A stretch of DNA of 63,729 nucleotides, filler included, from Corallochytrium limacisporum Hawaii (taxonomy: Eukaryota > Protista > Pluriformea), in NCBI GenBank assembly GCA_002811645.1. It is 5 parts of 5 records of this genome, joined end to end, with 100 filler letters (N's around TTAATTAATTAA, not from the genome) between each part and the next. Parts side by side here need not be neighbours in the genome. Positions count along the whole stretch, not along the records: positions 50,008 to 59,656 come from PDIP01000202.1; positions 59,757 to 63,729 come from PDIP01000012.1; 3 more parts are not named here. One strand, written 5' to 3'. A model generated the notes under the pieces. The model ran no database searches. It was not told the origin of the DNA and worked only from the letters and a program-made list of their open reading frames with translations. The stretch's first letter is position 1, and each line of letters starts with the position of its first letter. Below, one piece after another: positions 56,001 through 63,729 of this stretch. Made by a program: the position numbers and the translations under genes.

Positions 56001-57099
56001 CTGTGTCGAAGATGTTGTAATTGTCACCTTGCCTCTAAACGAAATTGCAACCCAGTTAAAGCCTGACAAAAATGTTGAGAAAGTGACCAGTGTGAAGGTG
56101 ATTGTGGATGGACTCCGTGACTTAAACAACAATCCTCTTGTTGCTCCGTATGAACTGAGCATTCCTGTACATGCCACTGAGCCTGGGCTACCTCTCCTGC
56201 AAACTCCTCCGCCGGGTGTAGTGGTAGTTCTGCGTGGAGTTGATGCAACCCAAACAATCGTCCTCGTCTTCAAGGATGACTCCCTCGCCTGCGAAGCTGA
56301 TGCCAATGCAACGTTCAATCTCTTGATCACTGGCGAAACCGAAACCAAACCTGTGACCACCCAAGCAGTTAGCTGTGTTGATTCGCGCGTCACAGTGACC
56401 GTACCCGTTAAATCAATCGAAGACACTGTTGCTAGCTCCTCAGCCAAAGATCCCGTAATTAAGAGCGCAGATCTTGTTCTCGATGGCATTGTCGACATGA
56501 CCGGATTGTCTGCGTCCACGCAGCCCGTTCAACTTACCGTTGATTCTACTCCACCTACGCTGCAACGCATTCTGTATCCGCCCAACAACTCTCTGTCAAT
56601 CTATAACGCAAACGGAGCCGTTGACTACGATGCAGCCGTGACGGAGATTCTGCTACAGTTTGACGAGATCATCGACTGTTCCACGTCACCGACGGCAGTT
56701 ATTGAGCTTATGGATTCATCGGCGAACTCTTTGGCAAGTGTGGAGACAGGTGTGAGCTGCACTGGGGATGTAGTTACAGTGGTTATGCCATTGAATGATC
56801 TATCTGCGCAGAATTTCACAGTTGGACAGAATGCCGAAACTGTGGACATTACCATTTCGAATCTGCGTGACGTATCCCAGAACTCTGCGGGAGACATTCA
56901 GCTGCTCCCGGATTCGGGATTCACCTTGGTGGTTATCACCCCAGCCGATGCACCTGCCAACAATCGCCGCCGTAGCAGCGAAACCAATCACTCTGCTTTC
57001 CACAATGACGAGGACACGAAACAGAACGACCCGTTGAGAGACGGCTATGCTTTGAACCAGAGGACATGGACTCAGTGGATCATCTCCCTCTTCAATTGA
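50008..57099 (+). CDS. 5'-truncated giant (>2360 aa) extracellular beta-rich protein resembling large Bacteroidota secreted proteins; three C-terminal Ig-like repeats
   Basis: 7.1-kb ORF open from the gap; LRKPPGDQS, LEDKDPGD..EIY..GLPVYKILAGQSMC motifs; repeated S.P.I..L..E.I.C...V.C..D.V.V..PL...V.GLRD..N units. Confidence 0.85.
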   Translation, partial: AVVKERYCLVSAVEDSTDPENEVPAYFVLPAPDGKCRSDEVTYDVARTSRVVEVGAGSVCNCNAQSADNSSVEAVDLATLATELGVSMDLGILDNTQAIKSKLNFGVEDVIAETFECASITYEYVVAQSNPAFSLAARLNVNVGCTGRTALWSVTRQELDRATLTSASRAVTLDSSCQFGTNSGIPFFGADSSYVLPKDSSFQTDFTQGEVLLHTFSISKAADVIEICKFQTEIPFLAATKIYVASADGSAGLANVNYRITPPSVTAFCTSWHLFDLSAENKFDCFSNFYQTNGVGFGDIQIGIDLGSGKTASQTQSVWIVLQNRFPDSATPGFVRSDNGNSLPSFQFDGDTYYYLEVNVQHLDTLDTIRLKDQSAVVVSGFLTFGQGLPAGQQPFGNCVPHNTLSVCTIDEKLVNEPSCTAIDQTTGSYSVAIPKGGSLYIFGRPVTGKQGTEASQSQSADLPLNENDVVCAAASFLPNSTVSCGPDLFVFTGDRSELKKVNPNVEVENLNARGENIANRNLTSISQYYHAQSVEISLTGANFRATLRKPLAIDAAASSCDSIQSGGATVVITAKDQTNPACAPETVSWNFFSNTTIYLPAMSYSVVLQQYNRFPADTTLELATRSSFFFGPRSKHTRQISLVSNQISADKPLQISWIYYSLPQIKTVSLLDGDGNDVQPTTSCRDSDPPINYVVKSAKANYTLAITLEEQYAYGQTCEYLTAKYQMENFIDFSACSNFPEGCSGSLNGTSSISHKFQPIAATRDAQTALIALSVTRQDSYSVDLLLESFRILITGIRNRGGGPRASPVPLNINTANSDISVPDSCQGIANLTNTYDEALANYLETAEINLSSGINSAQSMNDVNSKVLKNSNKLDLNSKKMSNHPDEKILNGFSDLDREIFQATASTVISELNNQAFVVLRKPPGDQSTATLSASVGLKYAVGKSFDQGNSITPSGQVTLRFGVDDRGTLTVVAPFGLGVAADLGARNHVNFSPGLAINTHSEYGADISRSVAMGMKPSWTTAVDLTDSVSGWWIDDTDPELFGSPRDAFIFTPLYFAIAVNWLVSFDEDTCSLLQTPIPVVKVDRPSGNDDFGFSDYTFILTEQVYAQHQLDEAQASLASGILSPDEVSLVEDSIAGLQCEVDYFQAILDKYEGLSKVALHDNKKGVRYYVDNSADAGDYRLTDFTPIFPSTQQWTGDTLKEYYDYAKSGITSKKITSTGELVGNPYFTGSEEYKKGSSFLAGPNLADSQDIRGTYYQNGRFYDIERIAFTGGHKYDLSMSKAFKVPGVSVSYGSASTIGGAVEVEAEYGGGFGPVEVRFDMSNQAGGRAVGNRRRSAEAEDVDAEAEEHDIFLHILYEDGETRVLGLSNEEAAHMYRAGHEDPGHIQIMRRPGAGAALKAVREQRKKKVLPEMSIAELRHERQRLRERREQRANEHAIEQIKQMLHDKRPLWTHPEHERKQKMQRREAETQDGNQFQMEASPVVEDDHSEHLARQRRAGASGIDYAMFAGAARAANSWSVLSRGPMANGGLKTNRFGGGGFNLDIDTDWGMAKDMDIQREQSTSLTLHLEDKDPGDAYDFEIYTDENGLPVYKILAGQSMCMNYPVVTFARQEVHLDLVDGLPADRSDQPVAARVGQVFKFRLRNDGPVDREYTDEISLYPITTRRTALVFKVANDYFRSATQGRNFNWRLNRQEYTDFWLEVTLDPNADVAGVISGVQIRAEPMCDRNLHKIVEIAVNLVPDCPSIQITNEATIPSALGRSVLFNNGGGASLTLVLENPQSGHAFQSWNDRFSKALGSNMLQTGIEVTYTFDRLKDLEPGFTTTTILYAIKSLNDPCTASSAVIACWNEDSLVFYLGSDDIDASQVPSNSLPAFSIDLTRNFIQIEVRTEDMAAVRLPQLPGLLSASTTCDSEVQSSSLSSSPSYLASVDYTSPNITDLLSPAEEFLSVQGPDATDAVVLLASEPVICTYVNSKVQLLNESGKGDQIKIIGVDCVEDVVIVTLPLNEIATQLKPDKNVEKVTSVKVIVDGLRDLNNNPLVAPYELSIPVHATEPGLPLLQTPPPGVVVVLRGVDATQTIVLVFKDDSLACEADANATFNLLITGETETKPVTTQAVSCVDSRVTVTVPVKSIEDTVASSSAKDPVIKSADLVLDGIVDMTGLSASTQPVQLTVDSTPPTLQRILYPPNNSLSIYNANGAVDYDAAVTEILLQFDEIIDCSTSPTAVIELMDSSANSLASVETGVSCTGDVVTVVMPLNDLSAQNFTVGQNAETVDITISNLRDVSQNSAGDIQLLPDSGFTLVVITPADAPANNRRRSSETNHSAFHNDEDTKQNDPLRDGYALNQRTWTQWIISLFN

Positions 57100-59656
57100 G
57101 TGTAGCGATCAGACTGACCCTCCGAGAAACCCGGGATCATTGATGCACTCAAGCCTCTCGACTTTTTCAACATTAGATATCTCGCATTACAGCACTTCAT
57201 TACGCCTCGATTACCGCATAGCATGTTCCCAGAATCAGCCTCCACTGGATGTCTCGTTAAATGGACTCCCATGCTCTACCGAATCCCAACCGTGGCCCTT
57301 TTCTATTCCGCAGGACATGCGGTGGGGCAGCAAAACGGAAGCGGGGGAAGGGGAGGGGGGAGTGGAGAAAGGGGNNNNNNNNNNNNNNNNNNNNNNNNNN
57401 NNNNNNNNNNNNNNNNNNNNNNNNNNNNNNNNNNNNNNNNNNNNNNNNNNNNNNNNNNNNNNNNNNNNNNNNNNNNNNNNNNNNNNNNNNNNNNNNNNNN
57501 NNNNNNNNNNNNNNNNNNNNNNNNNNNNNNNNNNNNNNNNNNNNNNNNNNNNNNNNNNNNNNNNNNNNNNNNNNNNNNNNNNNNNGGGGCGGGGGGCGGG
57601 GGAAGAAAGTGAGAGTGCCACGTGCCTGGCGAGCTTTGGCCCCGCCTCTCTTCCCCCTTACCCCCCCTCCCCACACCAACCTCCCTTACCGACGCCGCCG
57701 TGCGTGGGCTGCCAACCCAGCGCTATCAAATCCTGCGACAAACAAAAAGCGTGCCCAATGGTGTGCGAGTAGGGATGAGCTACACTGCCATCTCTTCCCC
57801 CGGTTCTCACTCTCAACTTCCCCCATTGTGATTCCCGAGGACATGAACCAGTTGCTTCATTCCGATTCAAAGGGAGGAGTAGGTTCTTCCCGTTTTCGTT
57901 CTTTTCGGCCTTTCATACTCTTGACATCGTCTTTTACCATTTTCTTTCTCTTGTTGTTGCGGTGAAGGATGATGATGGCATGTTTTCTTCCCCTTTGTCA
58001 TCTCTTCTACTAACCCAGGAGGCGCACGTTCGCTTGGGGCCCGATTATGGGAGTGAACGGGAACTTTTTCCGGTTAGCCAGTGGCCACGGGACACATTCT
58101 GCGTCCCTTGACCATTTCTTGGGGGTACTATTTATTTCCCCGTACTTTCTGTCCCCTCGGACCCGACGACAAAACCAACTCCCCCCCTCCCCCCCCCCCC
58201 AAAAAAGAAAAAGCCAGGGTTGCAAATNNNNNNNNNNNNNNNNNNNNNNNNNNNNNNNNNNNNNNNNNNNNNNNNNNNNNNNNNNNCACCCCCCCCAAAA
58301 AAGAAAAAGCCAGGGTTGCAAATTTTGCCTTTGGCCGTGGGTGGAAGGGGGGGGATTGGGAAAGGGACTCGGGGCAAAATTCTCACTCCCCTCCCATTCC
58401 CCTCCCATCCCCCTAACCTAACCCCTTCGCTCGTGTGCCAGTGGGTGCGTGCCCACCGCCATACCGGAGTACTGCCCCTTCACTCACGTTTATCAAGGGA
58501 AGGCAGGGAGCCACTCTCACCCCAACTCTTCCTCACCTAAGAGAAAACAAACCGAAAGAGTTTCGCTGGAAAGCCGTTTCTCTTTGTTTCCTTTTGGTCC
58601 GGTGTCTCTTTGCTCTCAAAGTTTCTACGACCGCAGGAGGGCCGCGCGATTTTGAACTTGGAGAAGAATCGCGGCTTCCCGACTTTGCCACAGAGGCCCA
58701 AAAAAAAAGGCCAAAAAACAATAAAAAAACCGTTCGGCTGCACCTCTGGCTCTGCTACGTAGTCTTTCTTCTTCGTCTCTTCTTGCACTTCCCTCTGTGT
58801 TGCTCTTGGGGTTTCAGCGTGTCTTGTATCCAAGCGATTCCGTTTTGGTAGCTAATGTATGACATGACGTAAGTTCAGTTCCGTCACGCACGCGAAATGA
58901 AAAGGCAGGCCGTGGCGTTGAACGCTCTCCCCCCCCCCGGGGGAGCACTAATGGTCGTCCCTTCCCCCCCCCCTTCTGCGCCTTCTCCTTCTCCCCACGC
59001 CCACCTCCAATATTCTATTGCCCGGCTGGTTCGTCAGGTGGTTTAGCACGGGGAATCCCTAGTCCCTCGCACCAACCCCCCTCCCAAGGGGGAGGGTGCG
59101 GAGGGGGACGTGTCCCTTCATATGAGGAAGAGGGGCCGACTTACTCAACTAGCTTTACTCACTATGCATGCACGGTCGAAGACTTTCCGTAACCTTCCCA
59201 CTTACTCTGTGCAGTTATCGTCACGGTCGTCAACATCTTTATCCATTGAATAGGCTTTGTACAGCCTGATGCACCAGTAATTTATGGATCTTGGTTTGAA
59301 ACTAGTTTTATAGTATCTTCAATCCCGTTCAAATATTTGAGATTACAGGCCACACATCCGCAAGGCACGCCAGTCCAACCTCAGTGTAGTGCTTGGTTCT
59401 TCAATTCATGCAAAAATTGCGTATGTATAAGAATAAATTTCATATCTGTCTCGGAATGGAACAATAGAATTTGAGATTTCAACAACAAGACAACTAGACA
59501 ATTGCAATATTAATTGATCTTATAGACCAGACCATTGGTTGCACTGTGGCATGGTTGAGACCAGGACAGCCCGTACAAGATGTCAACGAATGTTTTCGTA
59601 GGTCCATCGACAGATTGTCGGAATGTCACAGCCACTCCGGAGACCCGGTCTGCAAG

Positions 59657-59756
59657 NNNNNNNNNNNNNNNNNNNNNNNNNNNNNNNNNNNNNNNNNNNN
59701 TTAATTAATTAANNNNNNNNNNNNNNNNNNNNNNNNNNNNNNNNNNNNNNNNNNNN
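59657..59756. other. Artificial contig linker
   Basis: 44N-TTAATTAATTAA-44N. Confidence 0.97.
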
Positions 59757-60677
59757 GGGTGTCGATTCATTTCCGTGCAGCAGCTGGCGCGCGCGCCGAT
59801 AGGTACCGCCCGTCGTTCGCTTTGTTCCTCCAATATTGATTGTTTGCTTAGCAGCCCCGTGGCTGTTGGTGTGTCTCGGAGCCGCGCAATCATTTTGCGA
59901 TCCCTTAACACCCTTGACGCTTTTGCGTTGAAGCTCCTGTGTGAGTTGACGTGTACAAGCAGCTACACGTAGCTGAGGATGAAGATGCGCACGTTCAAGA
60001 GAGAGAGAGAGAGTGTGTGTGTGGTAATGTTGGGCGAGCCGAGATACGGAACGACGTCCTGGCCTCGTTGTTTCCGGTGGTCCCCAAAGGTGGGCACCGG
60101 CGTCCAGTACAAAATCAAGGCGATCTCTCCGGCCAGCGGCAGGGCGAAGGAACGGAGCGTCGATGAAGAAAAAATCGGCCCCAAAAGAAAAGAGAGAAAG
60201 AAAGAAAACCCCAAGCCACACACGCGGAAGGCAGCGCGCCAACTGGCGTTTTGCACTCCTTTCCCCTCCTTCCCCCTTCCTTCCTTTCAAAGCCCCACCC
60301 CCAGAGGTAAAGCACTCGACCACAGCGGCGGTCCCTTAGCCTGCTTCTACCCAAAGACACCCCCCTCCCTTTTCTCTCCGAGGTCCAAATGTGCAGCGGG
60401 GGCCTGGAGAATCTGTGCTCTGCCTGTGCGGGGGTGGGGGCGGGGAGAAGGGGCCGGGAGGGGGGGGAAAAGGCCGGGAGGGAGCGGGTCAACAGCGACT
60501 GCGCAGAGAGCGGCATCGGCCGCCCTTGGGCTCAGGCCGGCACATACGTAAATGGGTTGGTTTCGATGCCTTTGGAGGAGAATTTCTGGATAACCACTAG
60601 AATTTCAAGACCTACAAAGAGACCCCTCCACAACACGGTGATGTGGATCCTGTGAAGCAGCCCACATCGAGATTTCT

Positions 60678-60740
60678 GATCAGATCGGCAGAAGAGGGTA
60701 TTTAAAGCATCAGAGATCGGACACCAACTGTGCAGGTGAT
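60678..60740 (+). promoter_or_regulatory. Core promoter: GATCAGATC, then GGGTATTTAAAGCA (TATA box)
   Basis: Conserved with 63475-63537 at identical spacing (21 bp from GATC to TATA), upstream of paralogous genes. Confidence 0.7.
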
Positions 60741-60832
60741 GAGACCAACCATCCAACCTGTAAAGAACGTGCATACTCTGTGTGTGTGAAGAATCGTGTA
60801 AAGAAAAAACTCTATCAGTCTTGAATTTAAAG

Positions 60833-61420
60833 ATGATGTCCATTAAGTGTACCTTGGCAACTCTCAGCCTGTTGGCTACCGTAACCTTTACCGTCGCTGC
60901 CCCGATCCGTGTGGCAGACCAAATCGTTGCCGTGGAGCCTGCTGACTCTGTGAAGCTTGAAGAAGCCTTGAAGATTCTTATCCCGCTCTTGACAGCTGAC
61001 CTTGACGGTACCCTGGATCCTAATCCGCTGGTCCCCACTGTCTCGCGCCGTGACTTTGTCAACGCAGACCCCTTTGTTGCTCAGGAAGCTCTCATTCTCC
61101 CGATTTCTGATGAGCTTTCCAAGTTCCTGAAAAATCCTCCCAGTGTCGCACGGAGAGCTGCAGCCCTCTTTGAGGATGATGCGTTTGCTAAAGATTTTGT
61201 TGACCCCGTGTATTTTGGCGATGATGACCAAAAGCCAGCCCTGGACGGCAAATTCGCAGTCGCGGCAGCCGAATTGACAAGGAGATCGGCGGCCGCTATC
61301 GCTGATGACGTGATTGATAAAGACACTACAAGTGATGTGGAGGTCGACAAGATCCTTCTCGATGTCATTGCTGCGGTCCAGGCAGCTGAATTTGTCGCCA
61401 TTCGGGGTGGTGCTGTTTGA
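60833..61420 (+). CDS. Secreted 195-aa acidic precursor with three RR (kexin/furin-type) sites
   Basis: Signal peptide MMSIKCTLATLSLLATVTFTVA; VSRR/D, VARR/A, LTRR/S; AATAAA just after the stop. Confidence 0.8.
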   Translation: MMSIKCTLATLSLLATVTFTVAAPIRVADQIVAVEPADSVKLEEALKILIPLLTADLDGTLDPNPLVPTVSRRDFVNADPFVAQEALILPISDELSKFLKNPPSVARRAAALFEDDAFAKDFVDPVYFGDDDQKPALDGKFAVAAAELTRRSAAAIADDVIDKDTTSDVEVDKILLDVIAAVQAAEFVAIRGGAV

Positions 61421-63474
61421 GAATAAATGTATATATATGTATGTAACGTAACTCTTCATTTCTGAATGTCAACATGACTAGGACAAACTTTCAAAGCACC
61501 CTCTCACGTAGGACGGTACATCCCTTACCTGTGGAGGAAGGAGCATGACAAACTCCCTAGAAATCTTCTGGATCTTCCCTGCATGCAGAACTGGAGCGAC
61601 CAGAAAGAACAGTTGTGGGAGGCCACCCGTTCGCAAGGTCCTATAGGCACTAAACATGCATTTCTTGTTAAGAAGACCTGGCGATTGTAAAGAGTCCCAC
61701 AGAGTGTTTGCCTCACAACAACACAGTACTAGAAAGTAGACTCCTTCGGTAACAGTGGCATGCCTAACCATGCTCTAACTGGATCCCCAGAGTGCGGCAG
61801 TACGTCCTCGCAACGATCGCTTCGAGAAACCCGCAATATTGGGGGGCTCGCTCTGCCGGCTCGCGCTGTGCTGCTTGTCATGATCAGAAGAAGAAATGGT
61901 ACCTTCTTTTCTTCATGCACGTATCGTCTTCGTCACGGATGCTCAGGGGGCGAATTGACACATGGCCGCTCATGTCGCCATCCAGCTCGTGTCTTCGTCA
62001 CGCCCGGAGTAGTGAATGTACCAATGCTTCGCCATTGGTTTTTTTCACTTCCATGAAGATGGGCCCTGGCACTCGATACACTTAGGTACAGATTGACACA
62101 TGTTAAGCAGAGTCCTCATATAGAGAATATCATATCCTTCCCAAGTGACTGGCCCGCAAAGGCGATCAAGACGCCAGTGTCCTGGCGTGCGTTGATTCTG
62201 CGCACGATTATCCTTGCTTGGTTACATAAGCAGCCAGTTTTTGACCGTTGCCAGTCAGTGAACGTGGTGCCAGCGTACTGGGCTCCATACACCCAAAGCG
62301 TGCACGTTTGTATTTCAAATATCTCAAACAAAGTGGTAGTCCAGAAGAAGTCTTGGGCGGTATGCGATCACAGAATGTTTTGCTAAGGCATCCTAATGTT
62401 CCCTGCTTCATTCAATAGCCACCTTTAGCGCGTCTGAAATTTCGTACTGCGTTGGGTATGTCTCATTAATGAAGAATGAAGACCCATTCTTGACTGCCAC
62501 TAGGAACAGGGAGCCGCTGTGTCGTAACTCTGGGAGGTGTCATTCACTCCATTTGGAACCCCATCCCGCGATCGGCCGAAGCCGCCTCCAGTTCCCTTCT
62601 TGCACTCCGGGCAGGCAAGATTGATTTGTGGCTATGCTCCACGTTCCCAATGCCAGTGTCCTAGGCGCCATCAATCATTTTGCGATCCCGCCGGTGTCCT
62701 TCTGTATGACTCACCTTTGTATGCTGCGATGTTCGTAACCCTGGGTGTGCCCCTTACGAAGGGGCGTATTCAGTCTTCTCAGGTGAAGATGATGCGCACA
62801 TTCAAGATATGCGGTTTGCTTGCCACCTTGCAGAACGAGGCCAATGTGTGGCGCCAGGTCAGTGCACAATATAGCAAACAGTACCGGATCCCGAGAATGG
62901 AAAATACAGAAGGATCGGCCGGTGAAGAAAATTTCTTGCGACCAAGGTCAACCCGGGGGGGGACGGCCAGGGGAAGTATGGGCCCCCCTTTCTTCCTCCC
63001 CCACGGGGCTCTCTCTTTGTTCTCTTCCCTTGTTTGGGTACTGGACTTGGGCTACCGGCCTGCCACCCCATTGGTCCCCCTCCCTTCCCCCCCGGGGCGG
63101 GAGACCAGTTTTTATATTTTCTGCCTGTCGAAGGGGGGGAGAGGCCGCACCGTTTGGAGAACCGACTTCTCTCCCTTTAGCTCGCTTAGGCGGGGGTGGC
63201 GGTGGGGGCTGTGGCGGAACTGCCGCGGCACCCCTCCAAGCCAGGGGGGAAGCTGCGGGACCTGGGAGGGAGTTGTGTGCCCACCGGGCTCGGTGCACAG
63301 ACAAGTTACATACGCGAGTGGATCGATAGGTAGCCATGACCATGGATGCGGAAATGGAGGTTGAAGACGTTCATGTTTCCTACAGCATAAAATCCCACCA
63401 ATATTGATATCCATCGTGAGAATAATTCATCACTTCCTGAAGCGAACTCTGTACTCAAGCAGGTTGGGACCTCC

Positions 63475-63537
63475 GATCAGATCTGCACATATGGGTATTT
63501 AAAGCACGGGACATCGGCCAACTTCTGTGCAGATGAT
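63475..63537 (+). promoter_or_regulatory. Core promoter copy 2 (GATCAGATC...GGGTATTTAAAGCA)
   Basis: Matches 60678-60740; 124 bp upstream of ATG 63620. Confidence 0.7.
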
Positions 63538-63619
63538 AGGAAACACAAAGCAAGCGTGTTTAAATACTATTGCATTGACACAGCTCTCGTCTATCTGAAC
63601 AATCAAATTGAACTCCAAT

Positions 63620-63729
63620 ATGATGTCTGCAAAGGTTTCATTGGCCGTGCTCAGCTTGCTGGCTGCTGCAACCACTACAGCTGCTGCCCCGATCAACCTG
63701 GCTGCGGAGGCTGTTGTCGCCGCTGACGT
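63620..63729 (+). CDS. Tandem paralog of the 60833 precursor, 3'-truncated by the window edge (absent from the ORF track)
   Basis: MMSAKVSLAVLSLLAAATTTAAAPINLAAEAVVAAD aligns to MMSIKCTLATLSLLATVTFTVAAPIRVADQIVAVE; shared promoter. Confidence 0.8.
   Translation, partial: MMSAKVSLAVLSLLAAATTTAAAPINLAAEAVVAAD

Noticed and set aside
58190-58325. Direct repeat cccccccaaaaaagaaaaagccagggttgcaaat on both sides of an N gap
   Set aside because: Most likely an unmerged contig overlap at a poly-C tract, not a true duplication.
62952-63096. CCCGGGGGGG...CCCCCCCGGG inverted pair suggesting a MITE
   Set aside because: Low complexity, no target-site duplication, and similar C/G runs are common throughout the intergenic DNA.
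63499-63696. Minus-strand ORF ending FPIICTEVGRCP, reminiscent of a saposin C-terminus
   Set aside because: It is the shadow of the plus-strand precursor paralog and its promoter, which have independent homology support.
1-63729. tRNA, rRNA, CRISPR arrays, transposase, reverse transcriptase or TnpB/Fanzor ORFs
   Set aside because: None recognised by eye; tRNAscan-SE, Infernal and HMM searches would be needed to exclude divergent copies.

Overview
Eukaryotic (protist-type) genomic DNA, about 50% GC, standard code, with long uninterrupted and apparently intronless ORFs. The window is five contigs joined by artificial 100-bp linkers (44N-TTAATTAATTAA-44N), so adjacency across the linkers is unproven. 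Contigs 1-2 (1-31988) carry mostly conserved genes: TauD-like dioxygenase, isochorismatase, GGT, S28 peptidase, CNNM, a MYND-containing USP, C14 sterol reductase, GLE1 and a class-3 lipase. Contigs 3-5 (32089-63729) are gene-poor and dominated by candidate secreted effectors: an RTX-repeat/knottin chimera, a 65-aa knottin peptide, an aerolysin/ETX-MTX2 pore-forming toxin, a >2360-aa bacterial-like protein with a dibasic-site-flanked insert, and two tandem paralogous secreted precursors, the complete one punctuated by RR sites. Four of these genes have a GGTAT(T/A)T TATA-like box 124-134 bp upstream of the ATG. Four contig ends carry the same TA|CCACCCTCTGTCT terminus and a fifth carries a variant. 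It resembles a Tc1/mariner/Stowaway TIR, and one copy lies 22 bp from (CCCTAA)n telomeric repeats, which suggests either a telomere-associated DNA transposon or a chromosome-breakage/telomere-addition signal. Gene content and intron poverty would fit an intron-poor unicellular holozoan such as Corallochytrium, but this is a low-confidence guess. All family assignments come from motif recognition by eye; no database searches were run.
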